Shown here: positions 17,546 through 27,311 of the stretch, in pieces
Position numbering within the stretch: the first letter of the stretch is position 1
How the letters are laid out: every line of letters starts with the position of its first letter
Source of the DNA: an uncultured Bacteroidales bacterium
GTDB taxonomy: Bacteria; Bacteroidota; Bacteroidia; Bacteroidales; UBA1402
Length of the DNA: 64,000 bases
Direction of reading: 5' to 3'
Assembly (NCBI GenBank): GCA_964575345.1
Contig: CAZNQD010000008.1
Coordinates: 620-64,619, forward strand
Notes under the pieces: model-generated
Seen by the model: the letters and a program-made list of their open reading frames with translations, nothing else
Told to the model about the DNA's origin: nothing
Database searches by the model: none
Program-made: the position numbers and the translations under genes

Positions 17546-19968
17546 AAAGTTTTGCTTTCGGCCCTGCCGGCTTGTATTCTTAAATTTTGAATTAAACTGT
17601 TGCCCTGTTGATCATAAATACTGAGTGTATGATTTCCGGGCGCAGGGTTGATGCTCATTTGGTGTATACCCCTGGTGTTGCCTATCCACTCATTGTCGAG
17701 ATGCCAGAACAAAAGGGCAGCGGCTTTGCGATGTACCACTTCGATCACCAGCTTACCCGGGCTGCCGTCAAGCTCTCTGGGGATGTACAGACTGTATGGA
17801 TTGCGGGGGTACAATATTTCCATCTGCTTGTATTCTTTTTCTTCACCACAGCTTTCCATAAGAGGGGGCAGGCCCCGGTAAGAGGGATGAGTTTTGCGGT
17901 AAAACCATTCCATGGCCGGCGGCAACACAAAGACTGAATCGCTGCGGATGAGCTCAAGAGGATAGCAAGAGGCATTCACCCTGAATTTTCCGTCTTCGGA
18001 TACATGCACCAGCCGGTGATAAGGGCAAAGTGCCGTCTTTGACCCCGAAGCGGGAAAGCTTTGCAAGGTTTTTTTGGTACAATAGACTGAGGCTTTATAG
18101 CCACTTTCTACACATATTTCTTCTAAGTTCATTTCGCTGTCGGGCTGTTCAAACCATACTCCGCTCTGTGGCAATAAATCAAAAAGATCAAACACGACGG
18201 GAGCGGCCGCCCTTAGGCCCGTAAGGCCGGGACGTCCCTCGCCGTCGGCATTACCAGCCCATACTGCAACTACGTATTCCGGGCTTGTTCCCACAGCCCA
18301 GGCGTCGCGTAAGCCAAAACTGGTTCCGGTTTTCCAGGCAAGCTGCCGGCTGCTTTCAAAATGTTTCCAGCCGCTTCGTTCGCGTGGACGGTTCACTTGT
18401 CGCAAGGCTTCCATGGTGCACCATATGGAGGCAGCCGAAAGAAAAGGCAAAGACTCCTCTGACCAAAAGCGGCTGATGCCTGCCTTTTGAAGTGCCTTTG
18501 TATCGACCTTTTTTTCGGGATTTTTTTCTCTGAAAAGCTGTAAAGGGTCGTAATCTTCTGATGAATATTCCTGAGCCGTTCCATAGTGATTGAGCACCCT
18601 TGCCAGAGAAGTATAGGCCCCGGCCAATTCCAGCAGAGTGCATTCTCCTCCGCCCAGGATCAGTGACAAACCGTAATGTTGGGCCGGATAAACAAAAGTA
18701 CTAAAACCCAGGTTGTGTAAAACATCCAGAAAACGGGCTTCTCCAAACTGATGCAGCATTTCTACGGCCGGCACATTAAGGGATTGGCTCAAGGCCTCAG
18801 AAGCCGGAACAGCCCCTTGGTAGCTTAGGTCAAAATTTTTGGGGGTAAAGCCCGAAAAATTCACCGGAACATCGGCAATAAGCGTATTGGGGAGAATTTC
18901 TCCCTGATGCAGCATCGAAGCGTACAAAAAAGGCTTGAGAATGCTTCCGCTGCTGCGTGGGGTCTGTGCAATATCCACAAAAACATCGAGTTGAGCTACT
19001 GCGCTGATATTGCCTGCATAGGCCAGAATGCTTTTGTGTTTTACATCGCAGACCAGGGCTGCCAAATTATGGATTTCACTTTGCTCCAATTCTTTGCTCT
19101 GCTGCTCCAGCAGACGGATACTTTTTTCCTGCAACGAATAATCTATGTTTGTATACACATTCTGGCCAGGAAATTGTTTATGAGCTTTTTCCACTACATG
19201 CAGGGCCAGAGAGGGCAAAGGCAGAGGCGCCCGCGGCAGTGATTCGGCCAAAGCCAACTGATAATTAAGACTGTCAATGTATTTTTTGTGATAAAGCTGC
19301 CCGAGCAAGACATCCCTTTTTTGTTTGAGTTCGGCTGCATTTCTGCCGGGATGAATTAGAGCGGGAGCATTGGGTAAAACGGCCAGAGTAGCTGCTTCGG
19401 CCCAGGACAACCTTTGTGGCGGACGGTTAAAATAGCGCCAGGAAGCAGCCGTGATACCCACTACATTGCCGCCGAAAGGAGCCGCCTCTGCATAAATGGC
19501 CAGAATTTTATCTTTGGAATAACACAATTCAAGCTTCAAAGCCATCAGGATCTCCAGGCATTTTCCGCTCAGGGTTCTGGGAGGATTATTTCGGGACATT
19601 CTGGCCACCTGCATACTCAAAGTGCTACCGCCGCTGACGATGCGCCCGGCTTTGAGGTTTTGAATGAATGCCCTGCCCAGCGAAACCGGATTAATGCCCG
19701 GATGATAACGAAAATATCTATCCTCGTAAAGAATCAAGGCTCTAACGTAATTGTCGGGGATTTCTCCCTCCGGGCTAAAGCGCCACTGGCCGTCCGCTGC
19801 TATTCTTGCTCCCAGCAGTTCCTGGTTTGCGGCATAGACCACAGTAGAGCAGGGATCTTTGAATTTGGGAAGAGGAATCAGCAAAAACAGTACCACAAGC
19901 AGCAGGAGAAGGCCGGTCGGTATTTTTAGCCGTTTTATCCCTTTTGACATATGGTTTTTGGAACACAT
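17542..19968 (-). CDS. pbpC: Penicillin-binding protein 1C
   Basis: GT51 glycosyltransferase motifs EDRYFRYHPGINP and GGSTLSMQ, transpeptidase KTGTS, and a long C-terminal PBP1C-type extension. It lies directly downstream of the alpha-2-macroglobulin gene. Confidence 0.92.
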   Translation of the reverse strand: MCSKNHMSKGIKRLKIPTGLLLLLVVLFLLIPLPKFKDPCSTVVYAANQELLGARIAADGQWRFSPEGEIPDNYVRALILYEDRYFRYHPGINPVSLGRAFIQNLKAGRIVSGGSTLSMQVARMSRNNPPRTLSGKCLEILMALKLELCYSKDKILAIYAEAAPFGGNVVGITAASWRYFNRPPQRLSWAEAATLAVLPNAPALIHPGRNAAELKQKRDVLLGQLYHKKYIDSLNYQLALAESLPRAPLPLPSLALHVVEKAHKQFPGQNVYTNIDYSLQEKSIRLLEQQSKELEQSEIHNLAALVCDVKHKSILAYAGNISAVAQLDVFVDIAQTPRSSGSILKPFLYASMLHQGEILPNTLIADVPVNFSGFTPKNFDLSYQGAVPASEALSQSLNVPAVEMLHQFGEARFLDVLHNLGFSTFVYPAQHYGLSLILGGGECTLLELAGAYTSLARVLNHYGTAQEYSSEDYDPLQLFREKNPEKKVDTKALQKAGISRFWSEESLPFLSAASIWCTMEALRQVNRPRERSGWKHFESSRQLAWKTGTSFGLRDAWAVGTSPEYVVAVWAGNADGEGRPGLTGLRAAAPVVFDLFDLLPQSGVWFEQPDSEMNLEEICVESGYKASVYCTKKTLQSFPASGSKTALCPYHRLVHVSEDGKFRVNASCYPLELIRSDSVFVLPPAMEWFYRKTHPSYRGLPPLMESCGEEKEYKQMEILYPRNPYSLYIPRELDGSPGKLVIEVVHRKAAALLFWHLDNEWIGNTRGIHQMSINPAPGNHTLSIYDQQGNSLIQNLRIQAGRAESKTF

Positions 19969-19989
19969 TCCTTATGAGCTTGCCTTGTT

Positions 19990-22900
19990 TCAGCGGCCTA
20001 CTTCTACCCTGCCCCCGCCTTTTCTGGCATAATAAGACTGGTCGTACATGGCTTCGCACAACACCGGAGCCAGAATAAAGTCCCCACAATAGGAGGCATT
20101 CAGTTCCAGGGCAAAGGTTTTTGTTTTGCCGGCCCCCAGCGAAAAATACGTGTTCACCCTGTCGTCGCGAATATCCCTGTAATCGTAGTTGTTTTGATCC
20201 TCAGCGGCAACCCCGGTACCAAAGAGCCTCTCGTTGATTATTTCCCAACCGGCGGGTATCATTTGGGTCAAAGCCAGGTTATCAACAGCAAAAGCCGTCT
20301 TGTTGCTGACGCGCAGTTGAACAATGAAATTGGTTCCCTGTTTTAGTTTGCTGATATCGAGCTTTTTGCCTTCGTGATCCATATAGCTGATTTCAAGAGC
20401 CAGGCCTCTTTCCTGCACCGAGGCGTCCACTCCTGCTTTGGTGCCCTGGTTGAAAAGGCTGACAAACACTGTGCCCGTACTCTTGTTCACCAGACCTAAG
20501 TCCAGTTCAAGATCCCGGCCATAGGACAAATCAGCCTGAGTAAAGGCTCCGGATGTTTGGGTCTGCATCGGCTTCCCGTTTACGTACAACTCTGTCTTCG
20601 TTTCGGAGGCCGCTGAAGTGGTTATGCAAAATTCCGACAAAACCGAGAGAGCAAAACCGGTGGTCTGTGTGCTGTGACGGCTTTCGTTGTTGAATTCTGT
20701 GGCTATTTTGAGAGCCAGCGGGGCAGCCTGCTCCCACTCTCCCAACAACATCAGGCTTTGTAACAAATAACAGCGGTCGCGCAAAACGGAGCCGTAGGTG
20801 TAAGCGCCGGCGGCGGCCGGTTCGGTGTCGCGCAGGTCTATTAGTTTATAAGCGGCCTCTTTCATCCCGGACACAGCATAGGCAGAAGCCAGTAGCCATT
20901 TCCCCTGATTGTTCAGACAATCGGCCTTCATCAGCCGGTTCATGGCTGCAATCTCGGGTTCACCTGCTCTGGCAAGCACAAACAAGGCATAGGCCTGAAT
21001 CTGGGCTTTGTAGTCCGGCAAATATTCACGGTAACGACGCACCCCGTTTGCAAGGTAATCAAGGCCGGCTCTCTTTAAATTGGAGGGTACTAAATAAGCT
21101 GCTTTTTCGGCTTCCAGCATAAAATAAGTCAGATAGGCAGAGAGCCACAGCTCGCCCGCCGACTGTCCGGGCCAGAAGGCAAAACCTCTGTCCATGCTTT
21201 GATAACGGGGAAGACGATCGACACAGTCTTTTATCTTCTTTTCATATTCCTGGCGTTTTTCGGTGCTCAATTCCAGCAGTTTTGGAACATAAATCAAGGG
21301 GAAAACAGCCGATACTACCTGCTCGGCACATTGATGAGGGTATTGGTGGAGATAACTCAACTGATACTCCAGATTAAGTGGCAATACAGACGAAATTTCT
21401 ATCCTGGCCTTATTGGTTCCGGGCACACCCAAAGCGGTCAACTCCTGTTGCCAGCTTTCGCCTGCAGGCAGTATTTTAAAGACTTGTTCTGTAACGGGGG
21501 GATTGTTGTGCTTTACATCCAACTCTATCTTCTGTTGTGTTTTTTCCCTGCCGGATACCGCGCTAAGCTTTATTATGCCCAAACCGGCTTCCCCGGCTGC
21601 TTTAAGTTCAAAAAAGACATCCTGTTGGCCGGGAGTATCAAAATGAATCAGGGTATCTGCAGAGCCCCGCAACCTGCCTTCTGTTTCATAACTTATTCTG
21701 ACATCTTTTATAGATTCGTCCGTGACAAAGACCGTAAGTGGTAAATCGGCTTTTTCACCTAAGGCTAAAGTTCTGGGTAAGCTGGCATACAACATCAAAG
21801 GTTCGCTGACTCTGATGCTTTTTTCCATGCTCCCGTAACGGCCCTCTCCGGCAGCAATTAGCATGGCCCGGACAGAGCCTGCATAGGGTTTGAGCTGTAT
21901 TTTATGACCGGCTTTCTTCCCTGCATCCAGATGGAAAGGCCCCAGAACTTCGACAATTGGAATAAAACGGTCGGCTTTTTTTCTGGAATAATCTATTTCC
22001 TGATCTGAGCCTCCTATGGCGTACATGCTTTCCAGCCGGCTGCCAAAGGAGCCCAGCACCTCGTTGTACATGTCGTAGGTTTTGGTACCCAGGGCTTCTT
22101 TGGCGTAAAAATGAGCCCAGGGGTCGGGGGTACTAAAATTGGTCAGATCCAGCAAACCTTCGTCCACCAGGGCTATGGTATAGTCCATGGCCTGTTTGTT
22201 GCTTTCGCTTACCCGGATGGTGTATTCTTTTTCGGGCCGAAGTTCGTCGGGAATATCCAATACCGGATGCAACCTGGTCTGCACATCTTCAACTCCGAAA
22301 GAAGTCAGCCCAAAAAGCCTGATAGGAAGATCGTTGGCTGTTTGCGCGTAGGCCTGTATCAACATGATACTTACATAAACATTGGGTGCCATTGCGGGCG
22401 TGGTGACAAAACGATACTCGTTCATGGCCTCCAGATTGTCAAGCCATTCCTGATGCAGGATGCCTTTCCCGTTTTCAAGTGTAACCAGTGCCCGGGCATC
22501 CTTGCCTGCCGGAAAACTCAGGCTGGCAGTTTCGCCTGCTTTATATTGGTTGCGCTCAGCAACCAGAGCCAGCACCTGAGCGTCGCCTTTTTGTATGCCG
22601 CTGCCCCAGGGCAGGCCAAAATAGATTTGCTGGCCGCAGGTATGCCCGTCCGGGGCCGTCACCAGTAATAAATAACTGCCGGAACGCTGCGAGTTGTTTT
22701 TCAATTCAAAACTGCCTTTTCCCTTACTTGTGCTGAGTTTTGTGCTGTAAACCGGTTTGTGGTAGGTTTGACCTGCATAGGAAGCCAGCAGGTTTTTATT
22801 GCCCTGATACCACCAATGGTAGTCCAGGTCGTATAGTTTAACTTCAATATTACTTAAATCGGCCGGGTTGCCCTTTTTGTCAACACTCACTACTTCGATC

Positions 22901-25476
22901 CGGTGGTTTTTATCGTTGTCCAGCTTTTTCCACGAAGGGTAGGAATAATTCATTTTAAGGCCAACAAAATGCTCACTGGCGGCAAAAGGAATGCTGCGTT
23001 GATTGATACTGAAACCGCCGCCCTCGTATACCTTAGTGCTGATTCTGGCCTGCAAATAGCCTTCAAAGTCGGTACCCGGGCCAAAGGACATATTTACAGA
23101 GGCTTCTCCAATATTGTCGAGCCGGCCGTCGAACAACATAAACTCTTTGCTTGATTGGCGGGGATAAGGGGTTGAAAAATCAAAATCCTTGTATTTTTCA
23201 AATGTTGGTGTATAAGGATGCAATACGGCGCTTACCTGCGCTTTCATATTGGCTGCCGGCGTTCCGTGCAACCAGCTGGCTTTGAGTTTTGCTTTGCTTG
23301 TCTCAGATTTACTCAATACATCTTCCCTGATTTCCAGCTCAATTTTGAGGCGGTTTGGTTTTATGCTTTCCACTTGTATGCCGCGTTGAAAAATATGAGT
23401 GCCTGCTTTGACCACCACTTTCCAGTTGCCGGTGGGATCGTCTTTGCTGCTGGCAAAATAAAAAGGAAAAATACAGCGTTCCTCCCGCCGGGTGAGTATT
23501 TTTTTTACAAATTGCCCGCGGGGATTGTAGATTTCCATACTGATGGGGTGGCCCTCAGGTAATTGTTGTTCCCGGTCTTCGAGTATTAAATGCAGGTATA
23601 TGCTGTCACCCGGCCGCCAGACATCGCGTTCGGCATAGAAAAAGGCCTTGATGCCCTTTTCTGATTTAATGCCGTCCGTGTCAAAATTGGCCACAGGAAT
23701 GGCACTGCTGTTGTCCAGCTTTAAATAGGCATATTGATTGCCTTTTTGGGCAAACAGCACAAAAGGAGCTCTTTCGGGAGTAAAACGGAAACAGCCCTGT
23801 CCGTCGGTCTGGGCCTGAGTGAGGAGTTGATTCTGATAATCATATACACTTAATTGTACTCCGGCTTCGGATGCGGTGGTCATTAAATTGCTCACGTAAA
23901 CCGACATCTGTCCCCTGGCATCCATTTTGGCAATCAATGCCAGATCGGAACAAAACACATTGCGGTTGACAAAACGATCGGTTGAGAAATAGGCCTGGCT
24001 GGCCGGATTATCGTAGTTACGCCAATCGTAATAATGATTGTAGTAGGTGTTTTCGTAGCTCTGGTTCGGAAACAGCAATTCCTCTTCTATAGGCACATAA
24101 TGATCTACTTCCCCGGGAGCCTGTTCCTCGTAAAGCGAATAGGCTTTTCTAAAGCCCAGCTCTACATTATAGATTGATCCGGGTTCAACATCAATAAAAG
24201 AAGCCAGATCCAGGCTGAACGCATTCCAGTTGGTCAAATCTTCGGCCCCTTTGTCCAGGAGAGAGATCTTTTTAGTAATAATGGTCCTTCCCACTCTGTT
24301 GAGTTGCCATTTATAAGCCTCGTCAATATCATTGTTCTGGAAAAAAGCCACTATGTTGTTGGGAAAAATCTGGATTACGCGAAGGTCAACCGCCTGAAGC
24401 CCCACAGCCGAAAAAGGCAAAATCAGGCCCTGACTCTGAGGCATGATGACTCCTTTGCCCAATAAGCGTATGGCCGGCTTAATGCGTCCGAAATTGATTT
24501 TTTGACTGTAATTCCTTTGCAGCGTTTTTCCCTCCATATTTTCAACCGAGCGGGATATATTCAGGGTAAATTCTCCCGACAATGCTTTGGAAGGATATAT
24601 TTTAAGGACATTATTATCAATGGTATACTTGATATCCTTTTGTCCTTCGAGGGAGACCAATCCTCTTAAATCCTGCTGCTGACTGAGCAGGTCAGAAAAA
24701 ACGATTTCAAGAAGCTGATCGGGGCTTTCTTTTACCTTCACCGCGCTGAGCATAAAAACATCTGTTCCCGGTATTGTAAAAGAATATTGATTGATTGAGG
24801 GTTTGTAGCTATTGTCTACTGGTTTGATATTCAGCACCAATTCGCTGCTTTCTTGGGCTCTTACAATATTTTTAATATTCAGGCTATGACTGAATGTTTC
24901 CGGATGGTGATCCCATTCCAGGCTTACTGATTCATTTGGATATTCGATAATCAGACTTTGCTCAATTTCGCGCGAATCAAAGCGGTCTGAGGTGTTGATA
25001 AGTACCTCAAGAAAATAATTGCCATCTTCGTCCAGTCGCAATTCATCGTAAGATAATTTAAGTTGTTTTTTGGCGGTGAAAAAAGTGAAATTCAATTTTT
25101 TATCAAGCTTTTCGGGCAACTTTAGCAAATTTTCCAAATTCAAGCTTGCTTCATAGCTTGTGTTCCAGTCTAAAGGTTTTTCGGGTACAAAAACCAGGGT
25201 ATTACCTGTTTTCCATCTGCACTTTCCCTTTATTTCGGGTTTAAAGAAAAAAGGGCATTGTTCGGGGCTTTTCCCTGTCCATTCCTTTTCGACTATATCT
25301 TTGGTAAATACCACAACGATGGGATCTGACCGTTTTATTGCTCCGGAGCTGAGGGCAGAAATAATTTCGGAATAATCACTCAGGTCCTTTTCGAACTTCT
25401 TATCTTTTTTATTCCCGCAAGCTATTGCACTCAATGCTATTGTGAGAATAAAAGCAATTCTGTTAATCTGTTTCAT
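19990..25476 (-). CDS. Bacterial alpha-2-macroglobulin family lipoprotein (YfhM-like)
   Basis: ~1828 aa. Lipoprotein signal MKQINRIAFILTIALSAIACG; thioester motif C-A-E-Q (YPHQCAEQVVSAV) encoded in frame at 21319-21330. Start set at ATG 25476, because the ORF-track GTG at 25509 lies inside queH. Confidence 0.92.
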   Translation of the reverse strand: MKQINRIAFILTIALSAIACGNKKDKKFEKDLSDYSEIISALSSGAIKRSDPIVVVFTKDIVEKEWTGKSPEQCPFFFKPEIKGKCRWKTGNTLVFVPEKPLDWNTSYEASLNLENLLKLPEKLDKKLNFTFFTAKKQLKLSYDELRLDEDGNYFLEVLINTSDRFDSREIEQSLIIEYPNESVSLEWDHHPETFSHSLNIKNIVRAQESSELVLNIKPVDNSYKPSINQYSFTIPGTDVFMLSAVKVKESPDQLLEIVFSDLLSQQQDLRGLVSLEGQKDIKYTIDNNVLKIYPSKALSGEFTLNISRSVENMEGKTLQRNYSQKINFGRIKPAIRLLGKGVIMPQSQGLILPFSAVGLQAVDLRVIQIFPNNIVAFFQNNDIDEAYKWQLNRVGRTIITKKISLLDKGAEDLTNWNAFSLDLASFIDVEPGSIYNVELGFRKAYSLYEEQAPGEVDHYVPIEEELLFPNQSYENTYYNHYYDWRNYDNPASQAYFSTDRFVNRNVFCSDLALIAKMDARGQMSVYVSNLMTTASEAGVQLSVYDYQNQLLTQAQTDGQGCFRFTPERAPFVLFAQKGNQYAYLKLDNSSAIPVANFDTDGIKSEKGIKAFFYAERDVWRPGDSIYLHLILEDREQQLPEGHPISMEIYNPRGQFVKKILTRREERCIFPFYFASSKDDPTGNWKVVVKAGTHIFQRGIQVESIKPNRLKIELEIREDVLSKSETSKAKLKASWLHGTPAANMKAQVSAVLHPYTPTFEKYKDFDFSTPYPRQSSKEFMLFDGRLDNIGEASVNMSFGPGTDFEGYLQARISTKVYEGGGFSINQRSIPFAASEHFVGLKMNYSYPSWKKLDNDKNHRIEVVSVDKKGNPADLSNIEVKLYDLDYHWWYQGNKNLLASYAGQTYHKPVYSTKLSTSKGKGSFELKNNSQRSGSYLLLVTAPDGHTCGQQIYFGLPWGSGIQKGDAQVLALVAERNQYKAGETASLSFPAGKDARALVTLENGKGILHQEWLDNLEAMNEYRFVTTPAMAPNVYVSIMLIQAYAQTANDLPIRLFGLTSFGVEDVQTRLHPVLDIPDELRPEKEYTIRVSESNKQAMDYTIALVDEGLLDLTNFSTPDPWAHFYAKEALGTKTYDMYNEVLGSFGSRLESMYAIGGSDQEIDYSRKKADRFIPIVEVLGPFHLDAGKKAGHKIQLKPYAGSVRAMLIAAGEGRYGSMEKSIRVSEPLMLYASLPRTLALGEKADLPLTVFVTDESIKDVRISYETEGRLRGSADTLIHFDTPGQQDVFFELKAAGEAGLGIIKLSAVSGREKTQQKIELDVKHNNPPVTEQVFKILPAGESWQQELTALGVPGTNKARIEISSVLPLNLEYQLSYLHQYPHQCAEQVVSAVFPLIYVPKLLELSTEKRQEYEKKIKDCVDRLPRYQSMDRGFAFWPGQSAGELWLSAYLTYFMLEAEKAAYLVPSNLKRAGLDYLANGVRRYREYLPDYKAQIQAYALFVLARAGEPEIAAMNRLMKADCLNNQGKWLLASAYAVSGMKEAAYKLIDLRDTEPAAAGAYTYGSVLRDRCYLLQSLMLLGEWEQAAPLALKIATEFNNESRHSTQTTGFALSVLSEFCITTSAASETKTELYVNGKPMQTQTSGAFTQADLSYGRDLELDLGLVNKSTGTVFVSLFNQGTKAGVDASVQERGLALEISYMDHEGKKLDISKLKQGTNFIVQLRVSNKTAFAVDNLALTQMIPAGWEIINERLFGTGVAAEDQNNYDYRDIRDDRVNTYFSLGAGKTKTFALELNASYCGDFILAPVLCEAMYDQSYYARKGGGRVEVGR

Positions 25477-26089
25477 TTTTATTATTTGTTTTTTTCCTGG
25501 AAAACTCACAACCGCAATAATCTTGTCTGTACAAACCGTATTGTTTGGATAATTCTATGGAACGTTTGTAGCCTTCTTTCTTTTTGAAATCGGCATACAA
25601 ATAATGAACACCGTATTTTTGTTCGTATTCTGCCCCCAGCTCATTAATTAGTTGTGCATTTTTTAAAGGGCTGATACTTAGTGTTGTGGTAAAATAATCC
25701 AGGGATTTTTCGGCCGCTTTTCTGGCCGCTTCTTCCAGGCGCAGAGCATAACATTTTTTGCAACGGCTACCCCCCTCTTTTTCGTTTTCCAAGCCTTTAA
25801 TTTTCTGATAAAATTCAGAAGGATCGTAATTAGCTTCTTCGATGATTATTAGATTATTAGATTTAAATTCCTGAACAAATTTTATTAATTCCCGAAGACG
25901 AATACTATATTCTTCCTGAGGAAATATATTTGGATTGTAATAATAGAGCGTAATAGTAAAATAATCAGACAAATATTCCAATACATAAGTACTGCAGGGT
26001 GCGCAACACACGTGCAGCAGAAGGCTTGGTTTTTTATTTTCAGCCTTTATTTTTTCAAGCTTCTTGTTAAGAACAAGTTGATAATTCAT
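25463..26089 (-). CDS. queH: Epoxyqueuosine reductase QueH (DUF208)
   Basis: LLLHVCCAPCSTY and CKKCYALRLEEAA Cys motifs, with C-terminal YRQDYCGCEFS. Start set at ATG 26089 (MNYQ...; ATG 26104 is an alternative), because the ORF-track GTG at 26116 overlaps the -7 box. Confidence 0.87.
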   Translation of the reverse strand: MNYQLVLNKKLEKIKAENKKPSLLLHVCCAPCSTYVLEYLSDYFTITLYYYNPNIFPQEEYSIRLRELIKFVQEFKSNNLIIIEEANYDPSEFYQKIKGLENEKEGGSRCKKCYALRLEEAARKAAEKSLDYFTTTLSISPLKNAQLINELGAEYEQKYGVHYLYADFKKKEGYKRSIELSKQYGLYRQDYCGCEFSRKKTNNKNETD

Positions 26090-26115
26090 GGCCTGTATAA
26101 ACATTTCTTTACACA

Positions 26116-26123
26116 CAAAAGTA
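26116..26123 (-). promoter_or_regulatory. Bacteroidota-type -7 box
   Basis: The reverse complement reads TACTTTTG, upstream of queH (ATG 26104 or 26089). Confidence 0.4.
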
Positions 26124-26173
26124 CTTGTTTTTTATTAACTTTAGCCTTGATTTCTTTTTAATCTGATATTGAT

Positions 26174-26914
26174 ATGAAATATTTCGTATTTCTTTTTTTT
26201 AGCTGCTGTTTATACTTAAATGCTCAAATTCAGTTACCTAATGCAGGTTTTGAGGAATGGGATACACCGGGAAAAAATCAGGAACCTTTAGGCTGGAATT
26301 CTTTTACATCTGCCTCTGGTTCCGGACTGGCTTATTCTTTGGGACGTGCCAAACAAGTATTTGAATGTTACGATATCCGTCCCGGGTCGTCCGGAAAAAA
26401 AAGTATTCTGATTGTTTCACGTAGTATACTGGGACATATCGTGAACGGTACTGTTACTACAGGTCAGCTTAATCTGGGAAGTATAAGACCCCAAAGTCCC
26501 GAAAATTACATCATTACACGTAGTAAGAATAATGCTTTTCATCAATTATTCCATGGATTACCTGATTCCATAGTATTTTGGACAAAATTCAACAGTGATG
26601 ATATAAGTAATCAGGCATTTATGAAATTAATACTTCACGAAAATAGAGACGTAGCCGATACTCTTAAACCGGAAAAATCACCCTTATCCCCTATTATTGC
26701 ACAGGCAACAACCTATATTAACCCCACTCAGAAAAAATGGCAACGAATAAGTATTCCTTTGGAATATTACAACAAGCAAAAAAAACCGGCTTTTCTATTA
26801 TTGATATTTACAACCAACGAAAAACCTGGCGGAGGTTCTGCAGTAGATTCCTTGCTTTTGGACGATATTCAATTTATTTATCCACATCAATATCATTATA
26901 ATTTTAGAAATTAA
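26174..26914 (+). CDS. Secreted PCMD-like (putative carbohydrate metabolism domain) protein
   Basis: Signal peptide, then QLPNAGFEEWD...LGWNSF and C-terminal GSAVDSLLLDDIQFIY. This matches my recollection of the Bacteroidota PCMD/DUF4493-type fold. The assignment is tentative. Confidence 0.55.
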   Translation: MKYFVFLFFSCCLYLNAQIQLPNAGFEEWDTPGKNQEPLGWNSFTSASGSGLAYSLGRAKQVFECYDIRPGSSGKKSILIVSRSILGHIVNGTVTTGQLNLGSIRPQSPENYIITRSKNNAFHQLFHGLPDSIVFWTKFNSDDISNQAFMKLILHENRDVADTLKPEKSPLSPIIAQATTYINPTQKKWQRISIPLEYYNKQKKPAFLLLIFTTNEKPGGGSAVDSLLLDDIQFIYPHQYHYNFRN

Positions 26915-26947
26915 ATTTTGAAATAAAAATAAGAGATGATTATAGCC

Positions 26948-27249
26948 TGTTGATAGTGTTTATAATTCAACAGATTTAGTATTATCAACAAAAATAAAAA
27001 GTTATAGAGAAGTAATCAAGTACTTATTAACAATATAATCAGTTGAATTTAAATTAAATAAAAGACTTATCAACATAGATGACCTGCCCTTGGGACAGTA
27101 CCTGTTAATAACTGACCTTGTTGAAAACCCACTTTTATTTGTTGAAAACTATTTTATAAATAAAGGATTAATAATTTGCAATATTGAGCATTTCGATTAC
27201 CCCTACGATTTTCGGAAAATCAAAATTTATTTATCAAAAGCTATCCACA
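26948..27249. promoter_or_regulatory. Cluster of seven DnaA-box-like 9-mers in an AT-rich intergenic region
   Basis: Sites at 26948-56 (rc CTATCAACA), 26982-90 TTATCAACA, 27024-32 TTATTAACA, 27067-75 TTATCAACA, 27103-11 (rc TTATTAACA), 27231-39 TTATCAAAA and 27241-49 CTATCCACA. Each has 1-2 mismatches to TTATCCACA. Confidence 0.3.
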
Positions 27250-27277
27250 ATTATTGACAAGATTTCAACAGATATCG

Positions 27278-27285
27278 TATTTTTG
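27278..27285 (+). promoter_or_regulatory. Bacteroidota-type -7 box
   Basis: TATTTTTG, 26 nt upstream of the mutS GTG at 27312. Confidence 0.4.
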
Positions 27286-27311
27286 CAATTAGATCGAAAT
27301 AAGTAAAGCCA

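Noticed and set aside
21199-22668. Antisense ORFs of 180-185 aa inside the alpha-2-macroglobulin gene. Similar ones occur inside pbpC (19414-19929), ychF (30506-31060), ruvB (42251-42927), the flippase gene (43838-44344), ispG (55156-55767) and the FKBP gene (62240-62761).
   Set aside because: Each is fully embedded opposite a confidently identified CDS and shows no motif or family resemblance.
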